The position numbers were made by a program, and so were the translations under genes. 64,000 bases of DNA from Thauera sp. (lineage in GTDB: Bacteria > Pseudomonadota > Gammaproteobacteria > Burkholderiales > Rhodocyclaceae). Shown here in pieces: positions 24,395 to 38,592 of the stretch. The stretch is from positions 105,666 through 169,665 of the forward strand of contig JAFLDS010000005.1 of NCBI GenBank assembly GCA_017302295.1, read 5' to 3'. The notes under the pieces are model-generated. The model made no database searches, was not told where the DNA came from, and saw only the letters and a program-made list of their open reading frames with translations. Each line of letters starts with the position of its first letter. Positions within the stretch are counted from its first letter, which is position 1.

Positions 24395-24721
24395 GTGCTG
24401 ATTTCCAACGCTTACGCGCAAGCTGCAGGCGCCACCGACCCCACCGGCGGGTTGATGGGCATCCTGCCGCTGATCCTGATGTTCGTCGTGCTGTGGTTCC
24501 TGATGATCCGGCCGCAGATGAAGCGTGCGAAGGAGCACAAGTCGATGGTCGAGGCCCTGTCCAAGGGGGACGAGGTGGTCACGCAGGGCGGCATTGCCGG
24601 TCGCATCGCCGAATTGGGCGACAACTTCCTGCACATCGAAGTGGCGCCCAACACCAACGTGCTGGTACAGAAGCAGGCCATCGCCACGGTGCTGCCCAAG
24701 GGCACGCTGAAGTCGCTGTAA
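24395..24721 (+). CDS. yajC: Preprotein translocase subunit YajC
   Basis: FLMIRPQMKRAKEH, LSKGDEVVTQGGIAG; GTG start. Confidence 0.96.
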   Translation: MLISNAYAQAAGATDPTGGLMGILPLILMFVVLWFLMIRPQMKRAKEHKSMVEALSKGDEVVTQGGIAGRIAELGDNFLHIEVAPNTNVLVQKQAIATVLPKGTLKSL

Positions 24722-24835
24722 TCCCCGGACGCGACGCACCGGCCGGGCGCTGCTGAGCCTGACCCGTGCGCCGCGCCGTCACGATGACGGACCGCAACCC
24801 GCTGTGGCCGTCCTCACATCCCGTTCGACCCGACC

Positions 24836-26701
24836 ATGAATCGCTACCCTCTCTGGAAAAACCTCCTCATCGGCCTCGTGCTGCTCTGGGGTCTGATCTA
24901 CACGCTGCCGAATTTCTACGGCGAGGTGCCGGCGGTTCAGGTCTCGAGCGCCAAGGCCACCTTGAAGCTCGAACCGACGACAGTCACCGATCGCTTGGCA
25001 AACGCGTTGAAGCAGGCCGGCATCGAGCATGACGGCATCTTCGCCGACGCCACCAGCGTGCGCGCCCGCTTCGCCTCCACCGACCTGCAGTTGCGGGCGA
25101 AGGACGCGATCGAACGCGCCTTCAATCCGAACGCGCAGGATCCGTCCTACGTCGTCGCCCTCAACCTGCTGTCGGCGTCGCCCTCGTGGCTGACTTCGAT
25201 CCACGCGCTGCCGATGTACCTCGGCCTCGACCTGCGCGGCGGGGTGCACTTCCTGCTGCAGGTCGACATGCCGGGCGCGCTCGCCAAGCGCCTGGACGCC
25301 ACCACAGGCGACCTGCGCACCCTGATGCGCGACAAGAACGTGCGCCATGCAGGCATCACCCGCGAAGGCAACACCGTCGTGGTGCGTTTCCGCGACACGG
25401 CGCAGCGCGAGGCGGGTCGAAAGGCCATTCAGGACTCGACGCAGGATCTGCAACTCGCCGACCGCGATGACGCCGCAGACGACGTCAAGCTGATCGCCAC
25501 GCTGACCGCCCAGGCGCAGAAAACGATGCGCGATTTCGCCATCAAGCAGAACATCACCACCCTGCACAACCGCATCAACGAACTCGGCGTGGCCGAGCCG
25601 GTGATCCAGCAGCAGGGGGCGGACCGCATCGTGGTGCAGCTGCCGGGCGTGCAGGACGTGGCCAAGGCAAAAGACATCCTCGGCCGCACTGCGACGCTGG
25701 AAGTGCGCATGGTCGACGACAGCCCGGGCCTGCTCGAGCAGGCCATTGCCGGCAACGTGCCCTTCGGCACCGAGTTGTACAACGAGCGCGGCGGCTCGCC
25801 GCTGCTGGTGAAGAAGCAGGTCGTGCTGACCGGCGACCGCCTCACCGACGCGCAGCCCGGCTTCGACGGCCAGACCAACGAAGCCGCGGTGCACCTGACG
25901 CTGGATGCCGCCGGCGCGCGCATTTTCCGCGACGTGACGCGCGAGAGCATCGGCAAGCGCATGGCAATCCTGCTGATCGAGAAGGGCAAGGGCGAGGTCG
26001 TCACCGCACCGGTGATCCGCAGCGAGATCGGCGGCGGCCGCGTGCAGATCTCGGGCCGCATGACCACCGCCGAAGCCAACGACGTCGCCCTGCTGCTGCG
26101 CGCCGGCTCGCTGGCGGCGCCGATGGAGATCATCGAGGAGCGCACCGTCGGCCCCAGCCTCGGCGCCGAGAACATCACGAAGGGCTTCCACTCCACGCTG
26201 TGGGGCTTCGTCGCGATCGCGATCTTCATGACGGCCTACTACATGCTGTTCGGCTTCGTGTCGTCGGTGGCGCTGGCGGCCAACCTGCTGCTGCTGGTGG
26301 CGCTGCTGTCGCTGCTGCAAGCGACGCTGACGCTTCCGGGCATCGCCGCCATGGCGCTGACGCTGGGCATGGCGATCGACGCCAACGTGCTGATCAACGA
26401 ACGCATCCGCGAGGAACTGCGCAACGGCGCCACACCACAGGCGGCCATTGCCGCCGGCTACGACCGCGCCTTCGACACCATCCTCGACTCCAACATCACC
26501 ACGCTGATCGCCGGCATCGCACTGCTGGTGTTCGGTTCAGGTCCGGTGCGCGGCTTCGCGGTGGTGCACTGCCTGGGCATTCTGACCTCGATGTTCAGCG
26601 CCATCCTGGTGTCGCGCATGCTGATCAACTTCATCTACGGCCGCCGCCGCAAGGTCGAGTCGCTCGCGATCGGCCAGATCTGGAAGCCGGGCAACAACTG
26701 A
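24836..26701 (+). CDS. secD: Protein translocase subunit SecD
   Basis: LGLDLRGGVHFL, NRINELGVAEP, GMAIDANVLINERIREE. Confidence 0.97.
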   Translation: MNRYPLWKNLLIGLVLLWGLIYTLPNFYGEVPAVQVSSAKATLKLEPTTVTDRLANALKQAGIEHDGIFADATSVRARFASTDLQLRAKDAIERAFNPNAQDPSYVVALNLLSASPSWLTSIHALPMYLGLDLRGGVHFLLQVDMPGALAKRLDATTGDLRTLMRDKNVRHAGITREGNTVVVRFRDTAQREAGRKAIQDSTQDLQLADRDDAADDVKLIATLTAQAQKTMRDFAIKQNITTLHNRINELGVAEPVIQQQGADRIVVQLPGVQDVAKAKDILGRTATLEVRMVDDSPGLLEQAIAGNVPFGTELYNERGGSPLLVKKQVVLTGDRLTDAQPGFDGQTNEAAVHLTLDAAGARIFRDVTRESIGKRMAILLIEKGKGEVVTAPVIRSEIGGGRVQISGRMTTAEANDVALLLRAGSLAAPMEIIEERTVGPSLGAENITKGFHSTLWGFVAIAIFMTAYYMLFGFVSSVALAANLLLLVALLSLLQATLTLPGIAAMALTLGMAIDANVLINERIREELRNGATPQAAIAAGYDRAFDTILDSNITTLIAGIALLVFGSGPVRGFAVVHCLGILTSMFSAILVSRMLINFIYGRRRKVESLAIGQIWKPGNN

Positions 26702-26724
26702 GCGGAACGACAGGAAACGCAATC

Positions 26725-27657
26725 ATGGAATTCTTCCGCATCAAGAAAGACATCCCCTTCATGCGCCATGCGCTGGTGTTCAACGTCATATCGTTCGTCA
26801 CCTTCCTGCTGGCCGTGTTTTTCCTCGCCACTCGCGGGCTGCATCTTTCGGTTGAGTTCACCGGTGGCACGCTGGTGGAGGTCTCCTACGCCGAGGCGCC
26901 TCAGCTCGAGCCGATCCGCCAGGCGCTGGCCGCCCAGGGTTACCCGGACGCGCAGGTGCAGAACTTCGGCAGCGCGCGCGACCTCCTGGTGCGCCTGCCG
27001 AACCGGGACGACCTCGACACCACCGGCGTATCGGAAAAGGTGATGGGGACGCTGAAGGCCGTCGCCGGCCCGGCGCCAGAACTGCGCCGCGTCGAGTTCG
27101 TCGGCCCGCAGGTGGGCAAGGAACTCGCGTCGGACGGAGCGATGGCCCTGTTGCTGGTGATCGTCGGCATCGTGGTGTATCTGGCGATTCGCTTCGAATG
27201 GCGCTTCGCGGTGTCGGCGATCATCGCCAACCTCCACGACGTGATCATCATCCTGGGCTTCTTCGCCTTCTTCCAGTGGGAATTCTCGCTGCCGGTGCTG
27301 GCGGCGGTGCTGGCGGTGCTGGGCTATTCGGTGAACGAGTCGGTGGTGGTGTTCGACCGCGTGCGCGAGACCTTCAAGAAGAAGCGCAACCTGGCGACGC
27401 CGCAGGTGCTGGATCACGCGATCACGAGCACGATCTCGCGCACCATCATCACCCACGGCAGCACGCAGGTGATGGTGCTGTCGATGCTGCTGTTCGGCGG
27501 CGAGACGCTGCACTACTTCGCGATGGCGCTGACCATCGGCATCTGCTTCGGCATCTACTCGTCGGTGCTGGTCGCCAGCCCGCTGGTGATGTGGCTGGGC
27601 GCCTCGCGCGAGCAGTTCGTGAAGCCGAAGAAGGAAAAGGAAGAGGCGGTGGTCTGA
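26725..27657 (+). CDS. secF: Protein translocase subunit SecF
   Basis: SVEFTGGTLVEV, GYSVNESVVVFDRVRE, GIYSSVLVASPL. Confidence 0.97.
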   Translation: MEFFRIKKDIPFMRHALVFNVISFVTFLLAVFFLATRGLHLSVEFTGGTLVEVSYAEAPQLEPIRQALAAQGYPDAQVQNFGSARDLLVRLPNRDDLDTTGVSEKVMGTLKAVAGPAPELRRVEFVGPQVGKELASDGAMALLLVIVGIVVYLAIRFEWRFAVSAIIANLHDVIIILGFFAFFQWEFSLPVLAAVLAVLGYSVNESVVVFDRVRETFKKKRNLATPQVLDHAITSTISRTIITHGSTQVMVLSMLLFGGETLHYFAMALTIGICFGIYSSVLVASPLVMWLGASREQFVKPKKEKEEAVV

Positions 27658-27681
27658 GGCCTCGCGGTCTTCCGGATGTGC

Positions 27682-27711
27682 GAAAGGCGCCCTTGTGGCG
27701 CCTTTCTTTTT
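27682..27711 (+). terminator. Intrinsic terminator after secF
   Basis: GAAAGGCGCC-CTTGT-GGCGCCTTTC followed by TTTTT. Confidence 0.88.
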
Positions 27712-27804
27712 GGGGAGCGGCTGCCCGCCTGATCGTCCCTTCGGTCCGGTCGCGGGGCGGGCGCAGCGTTCGCCGCCCGTCGAAATGACGGAGCTGTGCG
27801 TCGT

Positions 27805-28122
27805 CTATACGGCGAAAACCTGCTTCACACGCAGCGTCTCGCCGCGCTCGGTCAAGCCGATCAGGCGGTCGATGTTGGGATGCTTGCCGGGGTTCAGGCG
27901 TGCGTCCTCGCTGTGCTCCGCATACAGCTCGATGCCTTTCTTCGCCGCCTCGGGCGTGATCGCGCCGTAGAGCTGGGCGAGGTGGTTATAGACGGCGAGC
28001 GAGCCCGCCTGGCCGGGCTTGTTCTCGATGGTGGCGACGACGGCATCGGCGGCGTCGATCAGGTTCAGCGCGGCGAGGTGCGAAACGCCTGGAAGGGTCT
28101 TGAGGTTGTCTGAAAAAGCCAT
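27805..28122 (-). CDS. Conserved hypothetical protein (DUF2322-like)
   Basis: IENKPGQAGSLAVY...GLELY-like...PGKHPNIDRL pattern recalled for DUF2322; typical codon usage. Confidence 0.7.
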   Translation of the reverse strand: MAFSDNLKTLPGVSHLAALNLIDAADAVVATIENKPGQAGSLAVYNHLAQLYGAITPEAAKKGIELYAEHSEDARLNPGKHPNIDRLIGLTERGETLRVKQVFAV

Positions 28123-28189
28123 GTGAAATCCCGAAAAATCGAATGAGCAATTCCGTCCGCAGCGAGCACGCATCGTTCGGAACGGCCAA

Positions 28190-28248
28190 TCGCGACCCAG
28201 CCCGCTCCGACACGCAAGGCTGCCGTGTAGGAGCGGGCTCGACCGCGA
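28190..28248. repeat. Inverted pair of GTAG-type REP sequences (REPIN-like)
   Basis: GTAGGAGCGGGCTCGACCGCGA (28227-28248) and the reverse complement of 28190-28211 (GTCGGAGCGGGCTGGGTCGCGA) are 18/22 identical. Confidence 0.7.
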
Positions 28249-28256
28249 CAAGAACG

Positions 28257-29660
<1,404 letters not shown>

Positions 29661-29701
29661 TTACCGCCTTGCTTCCCAACCCGCAGGAAAGAGGCGCCTG
29701 A

Positions 29702-30085
29702 GTGAGTTCAACGGACACCTACCGCATCGAGGTCCAGGCCGTGGCCGAATTCGTCCCGGCACAGTCCCGGCCCGAGGACGAACACTATGTGTTCGCCTAC
29801 CACATCACGATCCGCAACACAGGCAAGGAGTCGGCCCAGCTCATGAGCCGCCACTGGGTCATCACCGACGGCACCGGCAAGGTGCAAGAAGTCCACGGCC
29901 AGGGCGTGATCGGCGAGCAGCCCCTGCTCGCCCCCGGCGACAGCTACAGTTACACCAGTGGCTGCGTGCTCGAGACGCCGGTGGGCACCATGCACGGCAG
30001 CTACCAGATGGTGGCCGAGGACGGCCACGCCTTCGATGCGGAGATCCCGCCCTTCATGCTGGCGATGCCACGCGTGCTGCACTGA
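29702..30085 (+). CDS. apaG: ApaG/CorD protein
   Basis: FAYHITIRN, QLMSRHWVITD, EVHGQGVIGEQP, YTSGCVLETPVGTMHGSY. Confidence 0.96.
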   Translation: MSSTDTYRIEVQAVAEFVPAQSRPEDEHYVFAYHITIRNTGKESAQLMSRHWVITDGTGKVQEVHGQGVIGEQPLLAPGDSYSYTSGCVLETPVGTMHGSYQMVAEDGHAFDAEIPPFMLAMPRVLH

Positions 30086-30104
30086 ACCTGGGTCGAAATC
30101 GAAG

Positions 30105-30127
30105 CCGCCCCGACGCTTGCGGGGCGG
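30105..30127. terminator. Stem-loop between convergent apaG and argJ
   Basis: CCGCCCCG-N7-CGGGGCGG; no clear U tract. Confidence 0.45.
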
Positions 30128-30148
30128 ATCGTCAGGCACTGCCAATGC

Positions 30149-31387
30149 TCAGCTACGGTAGTCGGCGTTGATCTTGACGTAGTCGTAGGAGAAGTCGCAG
30201 GTCCACACCGTAGCTGCCACCTCGCCACGTCCGAGGTCGATGCGCACCGTGAGTTCAGCGTGCTTCATGATGCGCGCACCGGCCTCCTCCCGATAGCTCG
30301 CCGCGCGCCCGCCCTGCTCGGCAACCAGCACGGTTTCGTCCGTGCTCCCAAGCCACACGCGCAGCGCCGCGACATCGAGATCGTCGATGCCGGCATAGCC
30401 GATCGCGGCGAGGATGCGGCCGAGGTTCGGGTCGGAGGCGAAGAATGCCGTCTTCACCAGCGGCGAGTGGCCCACCGCGTAGGCGACCTTGCGGCATTCG
30501 TCGCGGTCCTTGCCGCCTTCCACGACGATGCTCATGAACTTGGTCGCACCCTCGCCGTCGCGCACGATGGCCTGCGCCAGCGCGATCGACACTTCAACCA
30601 CCGCTTCGCGCAAGGTCTTGTAGCCCGCGCCCGCCACGTCGGCGATTTCGGCATTGCCCGCCTGACCGGTGGCGATCAGGATGAAGGAGTCGTTGGTCGA
30701 GGTGTCGCCGTCGACCGTGATGCTGTTGAAGGACAGGTCCGCCGCCTCCTTCACCAGCGCGTCGAGCACTGGCTGCGCGACCGCGGCATCGCAGGCGAGA
30801 AAGCCGAGCATCGTCGCCATGTTCGGGCGGATCATTCCGGCGCCCTTGCTGATGCCGGTCAGCGTCACCGTCCTGCCGCCGATCTGCACGCGCCGCGAGA
30901 CTGCCTTGGCCAGCGTATCGGTGGTCATGATCGCGTGGGCAGCGTCGTACCAGCCGTCGGCGCGCAGGTCGGCGATGGCCCGCGGCAGACCGGCCGTCAG
31001 CCGGTCCACCGGCAGCGGCTCGAGGATCACACCGGTGGAAAACGGCAGCACCTGCGCCGCGCTCACGCCAAGCTGCTCGGCGACCGCTGCGCAGCTTGCG
31101 CGTGCGTTATCCAGCCCCGCATCACCTGTCCCGGCATTGGCCACACCGGTGTTGATCACGAGCGCGCGGATGCCGCCCGTGGCCAGGTGCTCGCGACACA
31201 CCTGCACCGGCGCGGCGCAGAAGCGGTTGCGTGTGAACACGCCGGCGGCGCGGGTGCCGGTGGCGAGTTCGATCACCGTGAGATCGCGGCGATTGGCCTT
31301 GCGGATGCCGGCCTCGGCAACGCCGAGGCGGACGCCTGCAACAGGAAACAGCTCGGCGGGATTGGGCGTGGCGAAATTGACGGCCAT
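30149..31387 (-). CDS. argJ: Bifunctional glutamate N-acetyltransferase/amino-acid acetyltransferase
   Basis: [53 protein letters not shown]. Confidence 0.97.
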   Translation of the reverse strand: MAVNFATPNPAELFPVAGVRLGVAEAGIRKANRRDLTVIELATGTRAAGVFTRNRFCAAPVQVCREHLATGGIRALVINTGVANAGTGDAGLDNARASCAAVAEQLGVSAAQVLPFSTGVILEPLPVDRLTAGLPRAIADLRADGWYDAAHAIMTTDTLAKAVSRRVQIGGRTVTLTGISKGAGMIRPNMATMLGFLACDAAVAQPVLDALVKEAADLSFNSITVDGDTSTNDSFILIATGQAGNAEIADVAGAGYKTLREAVVEVSIALAQAIVRDGEGATKFMSIVVEGGKDRDECRKVAYAVGHSPLVKTAFFASDPNLGRILAAIGYAGIDDLDVAALRVWLGSTDETVLVAEQGGRAASYREEAGARIMKHAELTVRIDLGRGEVAATVWTCDFSYDYVKINADYRS

Positions 31388-31403
31388 GAAGGTCTCCGGA
31401 GGA

Positions 31404-34142
<2,739 letters not shown>

Positions 34143-34235
34143 GTTTGGGGGGTGACGTCGATTCGGCAAAACGCGGAGTTTATCATGTCGAGCTTGACCG
34201 CCTCATGACCCGTCCCGCGCGCCGTCGCACACCCC

Positions 34236-34667
34236 ATGTCGAAACTCTTGAACCGCTTTCTCGGCAGCGGCGATGCCCTCGCCCGCCTTCAGGACCACGC
34301 CGCGCGCCTGCGCCGGCTGCAGGTCGTGCTCGAACGCGGGTTGCCGCCGCTGCTCGCCGGGCTGTGCCGGGTGGCCAACCTCAAGGATGGCGCGCTGGTG
34401 ATCGCTGCCAGTGGAGGCGCCGCCGCGGCGCGACTGAAGCAGATGACGCCCAGTCTGGTGGAGCATTTTGCTCAGGCGGGACACCTTGTGCAGTCGATCA
34501 AGGTGAAGGTGGCGACACCCGAGGTCACCCAATGGCGCCGCCCGGCTCCCGACCGCCACATCTCGCCCACCGCCAAGGCCAGTCTGAACGCGTTTGCGGC
34601 CACACTGCCGGCCGATTCGCCGCTGCGCGCTTCCCTGGAAAGACTCGCCCTGCGCAGCAAGGATTGA
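34236..34667 (+). CDS. dciA: DciA (DUF721) family helicase-operator protein
   Basis: Divergent from secA; LVIAASGGAAAARLKQM...IKVKV DUF721-like pattern. Confidence 0.75.
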   Translation: MSKLLNRFLGSGDALARLQDHAARLRRLQVVLERGLPPLLAGLCRVANLKDGALVIAASGGAAAARLKQMTPSLVEHFAQAGHLVQSIKVKVATPEVTQWRRPAPDRHISPTAKASLNAFAATLPADSPLRASLERLALRSKD

Positions 34668-34702
34668 CGCGCCGACTCCGCACGCTGGCGCGTCGAGGAC
34701 CT

Positions 34703-34891
34703 CTAGCCGACAGGAACCAGCACGCGCTCGAGCGCGAACAGCGCGAGCAGGACGAACATCACCACGAGCGCAACCCGGCCGCATTTCCACGCCCAGCTGC
34801 GATAGCGTGGGTTGCCGGTGACGAGCCACAGCAGCAGCGAGCCGCCGATGGCGAGCACGGCAAGCAGCAGGATGACGCGCATGATGAGCAT
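34703..34891 (-). CDS. Small two-TM hypothetical membrane protein
   Basis: 62 aa, two hydrophobic helices around TGNPRYRSWAWK; GGAG SD; downstream of lpxC (alternative GTG at 34897). Confidence 0.6.
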   Translation of the reverse strand: MLIMRVILLLAVLAIGGSLLLWLVTGNPRYRSWAWKCGRVALVVMFVLLALFALERVLVPVG

Positions 34892-34946
34892 GTCCACACT
34901 CCCCGAAAGGCCGGCGCCCGGCGCCTGAACCCGATCCCTGCCGCGC

Positions 34947-35873
34947 TCAGACGCCGGCGCAGACCAGGGGCGCGAATTGGTGCGCCACCGCCGGCGGCGT
35001 CGCCGCGTCCTGCTCGAAGGTGACCAATTCCCAGGCCTCCTGATCCTCCAGCAGCACGCGCAGTATCTGGTTATTCAGCGCGTGCCCCGCCTTGTGAGCC
35101 GAATAGGCTGCGAGCAGCGGGTGATTGCACAGATAGAGGTCGCCGATCGCATCGAGTACCTTGTGCTTCACGAACTCGTCTGCATAGCGCAGGCCGTCGG
35201 CATTGAGCACGCGGTACTCGTCCATGACGATCGCGTTGTCGAGGCTGCCGCCCAGCGCAAGCCCCACAGCGCGCATCGACTCGACGTCCTGCATGAAGCC
35301 GAAGGTGCGCGCCCGCGCCACGTCGCGGACGTAGGACTGCTCGGCGAAATCGACTGTCACCGAAGTCGAGGTGCTCTCGATCGCCGGGTGGTTGAAGACG
35401 ATGGAAAAAGTGAGGCGGAAGCCGTCATAGGGCTCGAGGCGGACCCACTTGTCGCCCTCGCGGTACTCGACCGCCTTCTTGACGCGCAGGAACTTCTTCG
35501 GTGCGGTCTGCTCCTCGACGCCCGCCGACTGCAGCAGGAACACGAAGGGGCCAGAGCTGCCGTCGAGGATGGGGATCTCGGGCGCATCGACGTCCACATG
35601 CAGGTTGTCGATACCCAGGCCGGCAAGTGCCGACATCAGGTGCTCGACCGTGCCCACCTTCTCGCCGCCCTGCTCGAGGCCCGAACACATCCGCGTATCG
35701 CACACCGCGTAGGGATCGGCCGGCAGATCCAGCGGCGGATCGAGATCCACACGGTGGAACACGATGCCGGTGTCGACCGCTGCCGGGCGCAACACCAGCG
35801 TGACCTTGCGGCCGCCGTGCAGACCGACGCCTGTCGCCTTGACGATGGACTTGAGGGTTCGCTGCCTGATCAT
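34947..35873 (-). CDS. lpxC: UDP-3-O-acyl-GlcNAc deacetylase
   Basis: QRTLK...[35 protein letters not shown]. Confidence 0.98.
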   Translation of the reverse strand: MIRQRTLKSIVKATGVGLHGGRKVTLVLRPAAVDTGIVFHRVDLDPPLDLPADPYAVCDTRMCSGLEQGGEKVGTVEHLMSALAGLGIDNLHVDVDAPEIPILDGSSGPFVFLLQSAGVEEQTAPKKFLRVKKAVEYREGDKWVRLEPYDGFRLTFSIVFNHPAIESTSTSVTVDFAEQSYVRDVARARTFGFMQDVESMRAVGLALGGSLDNAIVMDEYRVLNADGLRYADEFVKHKVLDAIGDLYLCNHPLLAAYSAHKAGHALNNQILRVLLEDQEAWELVTFEQDAATPPAVAHQFAPLVCAGV

Positions 35874-36002
35874 CTTGAAAATCCTCTTTCAGACCAGCAG
35901 TTTATCACGCGCCCTCGGGCAGCCCGGGCTATGAGCCCGATGCATACAGGCTGTTGCAATCGAGTTTGTTGCAATGCACCAACAAAAACTTGCACGCAAC
36001 GC

Positions 36003-36054
36003 AAAACGGGCACTCGTCCCGGACCGGAGGCAGCGGTCCTGAACGAGTGCCCGT
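36003..36054 (-). terminator. Terminator/stem-loop after ftsZ
   Basis: 12-bp ACGGGCACTCGT/ACGAGTGCCCGT stem with inner GGACCG/CGGTCC stem; TTTT follows on the minus strand. Confidence 0.7.
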
Positions 36055-36077
36055 CTGAAGACGGACCCGGCGAGGTG

Positions 36078-37220
36078 TCAGTCGGCCTGACGGCGCAGGA
36101 AGGCAGGAATGTCGTAGGTGCCGACGCCGTTCGTGCTCATCGCTTCGACCGTCGTGCGACGGGGGTTACGCATCACCGCGGGCAAGTCGAGGTTGTTCAC
36201 GTCGACAGCACCGCCGCTCATCGGACCGTAGGTACCCGTACCGGCGACCACCTGCATCACCGGCTGGCGCACCGCGCGCGGCGTGCCCAGACCGGTGGCG
36301 ACCACCGTGATGCGGATACGGTCTTCCATGCTCTCGTCGAAGACCGTGCCGTACTTGACGAAGGCTTCCGGCGCGGCGAAGGCCTGCACCGTCTTCACCG
36401 CATCGCGCACTTCGGCCATCTTCAGCGACTTGCTGGCGGTGATGTTCACCAGCACGCAGCGCGCGCCCGACAGCTCGGTCCCTTCGAGCAGCGGCGAAAC
36501 CGCGGCCTGCTCGGCGGCAATGCGGGCACGGTCCATGCCGGCTGCTTCAGCCGAACCCATCATCGCGCGGCCCATCTCGGCCATCGCGGTGCGCACGTCC
36601 TGGAAGTCGACGTTGACCAGACCCGGCACATTGATGATCTCGGCGATGCCGCCCACCGCGGAGCGCAGCACGTTGTCGGCGGAGCGGAAGCACTCCTCGA
36701 AACCGGCGTCGTCGCCGAACACGTCGAGCAGCTTGTCGTTGAGCACGACGATCAGCGAATCGACGTGGCGGGTCAGCTCTTCGACCCCGCTCTCCGCGAC
36801 GCGGATACGGTTCTCGAAATCGAACGGCTTGGTCACGACGGCAACCGTCAGGATGCCCATCTCCTTGGCGATCTCCGCCACGACCGGCGCGGCGCCGGTA
36901 CCGGTGCCGCCACCCATGCCGCCGGTGATGAACACCATGTGCGCACCTTCCAGCGCGGCCGCAATCGCCTCACGCGACTCCTGCGCCGCGGCGCGGCCGG
37001 CTTCCGGCTTGGAGCCGGCGCCCAAGCCGGTGGTCCCGAGTTGCACCTTGTGCGGCGCCAGGCAACGGCTGAGGGCCTGGGCGTCGGTATTGGCCGTGAT
37101 GAACTGCACGCCCTGCACGCTCTCGCGGATCATGTGATCGACCGCATTGCCGCCGGCACCACCCACGCCGATCACCTTGATGATCGTCCCGGTCGGTTCT
37201 TTTTCAATGATTTCAAACAT
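36078..37220 (-). CDS. ftsZ: Cell division protein FtsZ
   Basis: VIGVGGAGGNA, GGMGGGTGTG tubulin signature, NVDFQDV, C-terminal DIPAFLRRQAD. Confidence 0.99.
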   Translation of the reverse strand: MFEIIEKEPTGTIIKVIGVGGAGGNAVDHMIRESVQGVQFITANTDAQALSRCLAPHKVQLGTTGLGAGSKPEAGRAAAQESREAIAAALEGAHMVFITGGMGGGTGTGAAPVVAEIAKEMGILTVAVVTKPFDFENRIRVAESGVEELTRHVDSLIVVLNDKLLDVFGDDAGFEECFRSADNVLRSAVGGIAEIINVPGLVNVDFQDVRTAMAEMGRAMMGSAEAAGMDRARIAAEQAAVSPLLEGTELSGARCVLVNITASKSLKMAEVRDAVKTVQAFAAPEAFVKYGTVFDESMEDRIRITVVATGLGTPRAVRQPVMQVVAGTGTYGPMSGGAVDVNNLDLPAVMRNPRRTTVEAMSTNGVGTYDIPAFLRRQAD

Positions 37221-37362
37221 TTGCCTCGCCTCCAAGAATAACGATCCTGCTATCCACCGAACGCCGACCGGGCTTTATCTAGTATTTGACGCGTGAGTCT
37301 ACTACTAAATCTGGCCCATGACGCAAGCACTCACCCAAAATGACCGGCCAATTCCAATCCGG

Positions 37363-38592
37363 TCAGAAATTCTTTTCGAACCACGACTTCATGCGCCCGA
37401 AAACCTGCCGCACGCTACGCGTCTCGCGCGCCTGGATGCCGCGCCGACGTTGCGCTGTGCCCTCCATCACCAGGCCCATTGCCGTCGCGTAGCGCGGCTG
37501 ACACACCACGTCGGCCAGGCCGCCGTCGTATTGCGGCGCACCCACCCGGACCGGCATGTGGAACACGTCCTCGCCCAGCTCGACCATGCCGGGCATCACC
37601 GCGGACCCGCCGGTGAGCACGATGCCCGACGACAGCAGCTCCTCGTAGCCGCTGCGGCGCAGCTCGGCCTGGACCAGTTCGAAGAGTTCGGACACGCGCG
37701 GCTCGATCACGTCGGCCAGCGCCTGGCGCGACAGCTTGCGCGGCGGGCGGTCGCCCACGCCCGGCACTTCGATCATGTCCTCCGGCTCGGCGAGCTGGTG
37801 CATCGCCACGCCCTGGTGGATCTTGATCTCCTCGGCCTCGGCCGTCGGCGTGCGCAGCGCCATCGCGATGTCATTGGTGATCTGGTCGCCCGCGACCGGG
37901 ATCACTGCGGTGTGGCGGATCGCGCCCTGGGTGAACACCGCGATGTCGGTCGTGCCGCCACCGATGTCGACCAGGCACACGCCGAGCTCCTTCTCGTCCT
38001 CGGTCAGCACCGCGTAGCTCGACGCCAGCGGCTGCAGGATCAGATCCATCACTTCGAGCCCGCAGCGGCGCACGCACTTGATCACGTTCTGCGCCGCCGA
38101 CACAGCGCCGGTGACGATGTGCACCTTCACCTCCAGGCGCACGCCGCTCATGCCGATCGGCTCGCGCACGCCGCCCTGGCCGTCGATGATGAACTCCTGG
38201 GTGAGGATGTGCAGGATCTGCTGCTCGGCTGGAATGGGCATCGCGCGCGCAACCTCGATCACGCGCTCCACATCCATCGGCGACACCTCCTTCTCCTTGA
38301 TCGCCACCGTGCCGCTGGAGTTGAAGCTCTTGATGTGGCTGCCGGCGATGCCGGTATAGACATCGTGGATCTTGCAGTCGGCCATCAGCTCGACTTCCTG
38401 GATCACGCGCGAGATCGCATCGACCGTTGCCTCGATGTTCACCACCACGCCGCGCTTGAGGCCGTTGGTCGGCTGCGTGCCCAGACCGATCACGTTCAGG
38501 CGGCCGTCCGGGCGCACCTCGGCCACCATGCAGGTGACCTTGGACGTGCCGATGTCCAGACCGACGATCAGATCCTTGTAATCCTTGCTCAT
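37363..38592 (-). CDS. ftsA: Cell division protein FtsA
   Basis: LIVGLDIGTSKV, VDIGGGTTD, LTGGSAVMPG. Confidence 0.98.
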   Translation of the reverse strand: MSKDYKDLIVGLDIGTSKVTCMVAEVRPDGRLNVIGLGTQPTNGLKRGVVVNIEATVDAISRVIQEVELMADCKIHDVYTGIAGSHIKSFNSSGTVAIKEKEVSPMDVERVIEVARAMPIPAEQQILHILTQEFIIDGQGGVREPIGMSGVRLEVKVHIVTGAVSAAQNVIKCVRRCGLEVMDLILQPLASSYAVLTEDEKELGVCLVDIGGGTTDIAVFTQGAIRHTAVIPVAGDQITNDIAMALRTPTAEAEEIKIHQGVAMHQLAEPEDMIEVPGVGDRPPRKLSRQALADVIEPRVSELFELVQAELRRSGYEELLSSGIVLTGGSAVMPGMVELGEDVFHMPVRVGAPQYDGGLADVVCQPRYATAMGLVMEGTAQRRRGIQARETRSVRQVFGRMKSWFEKNF

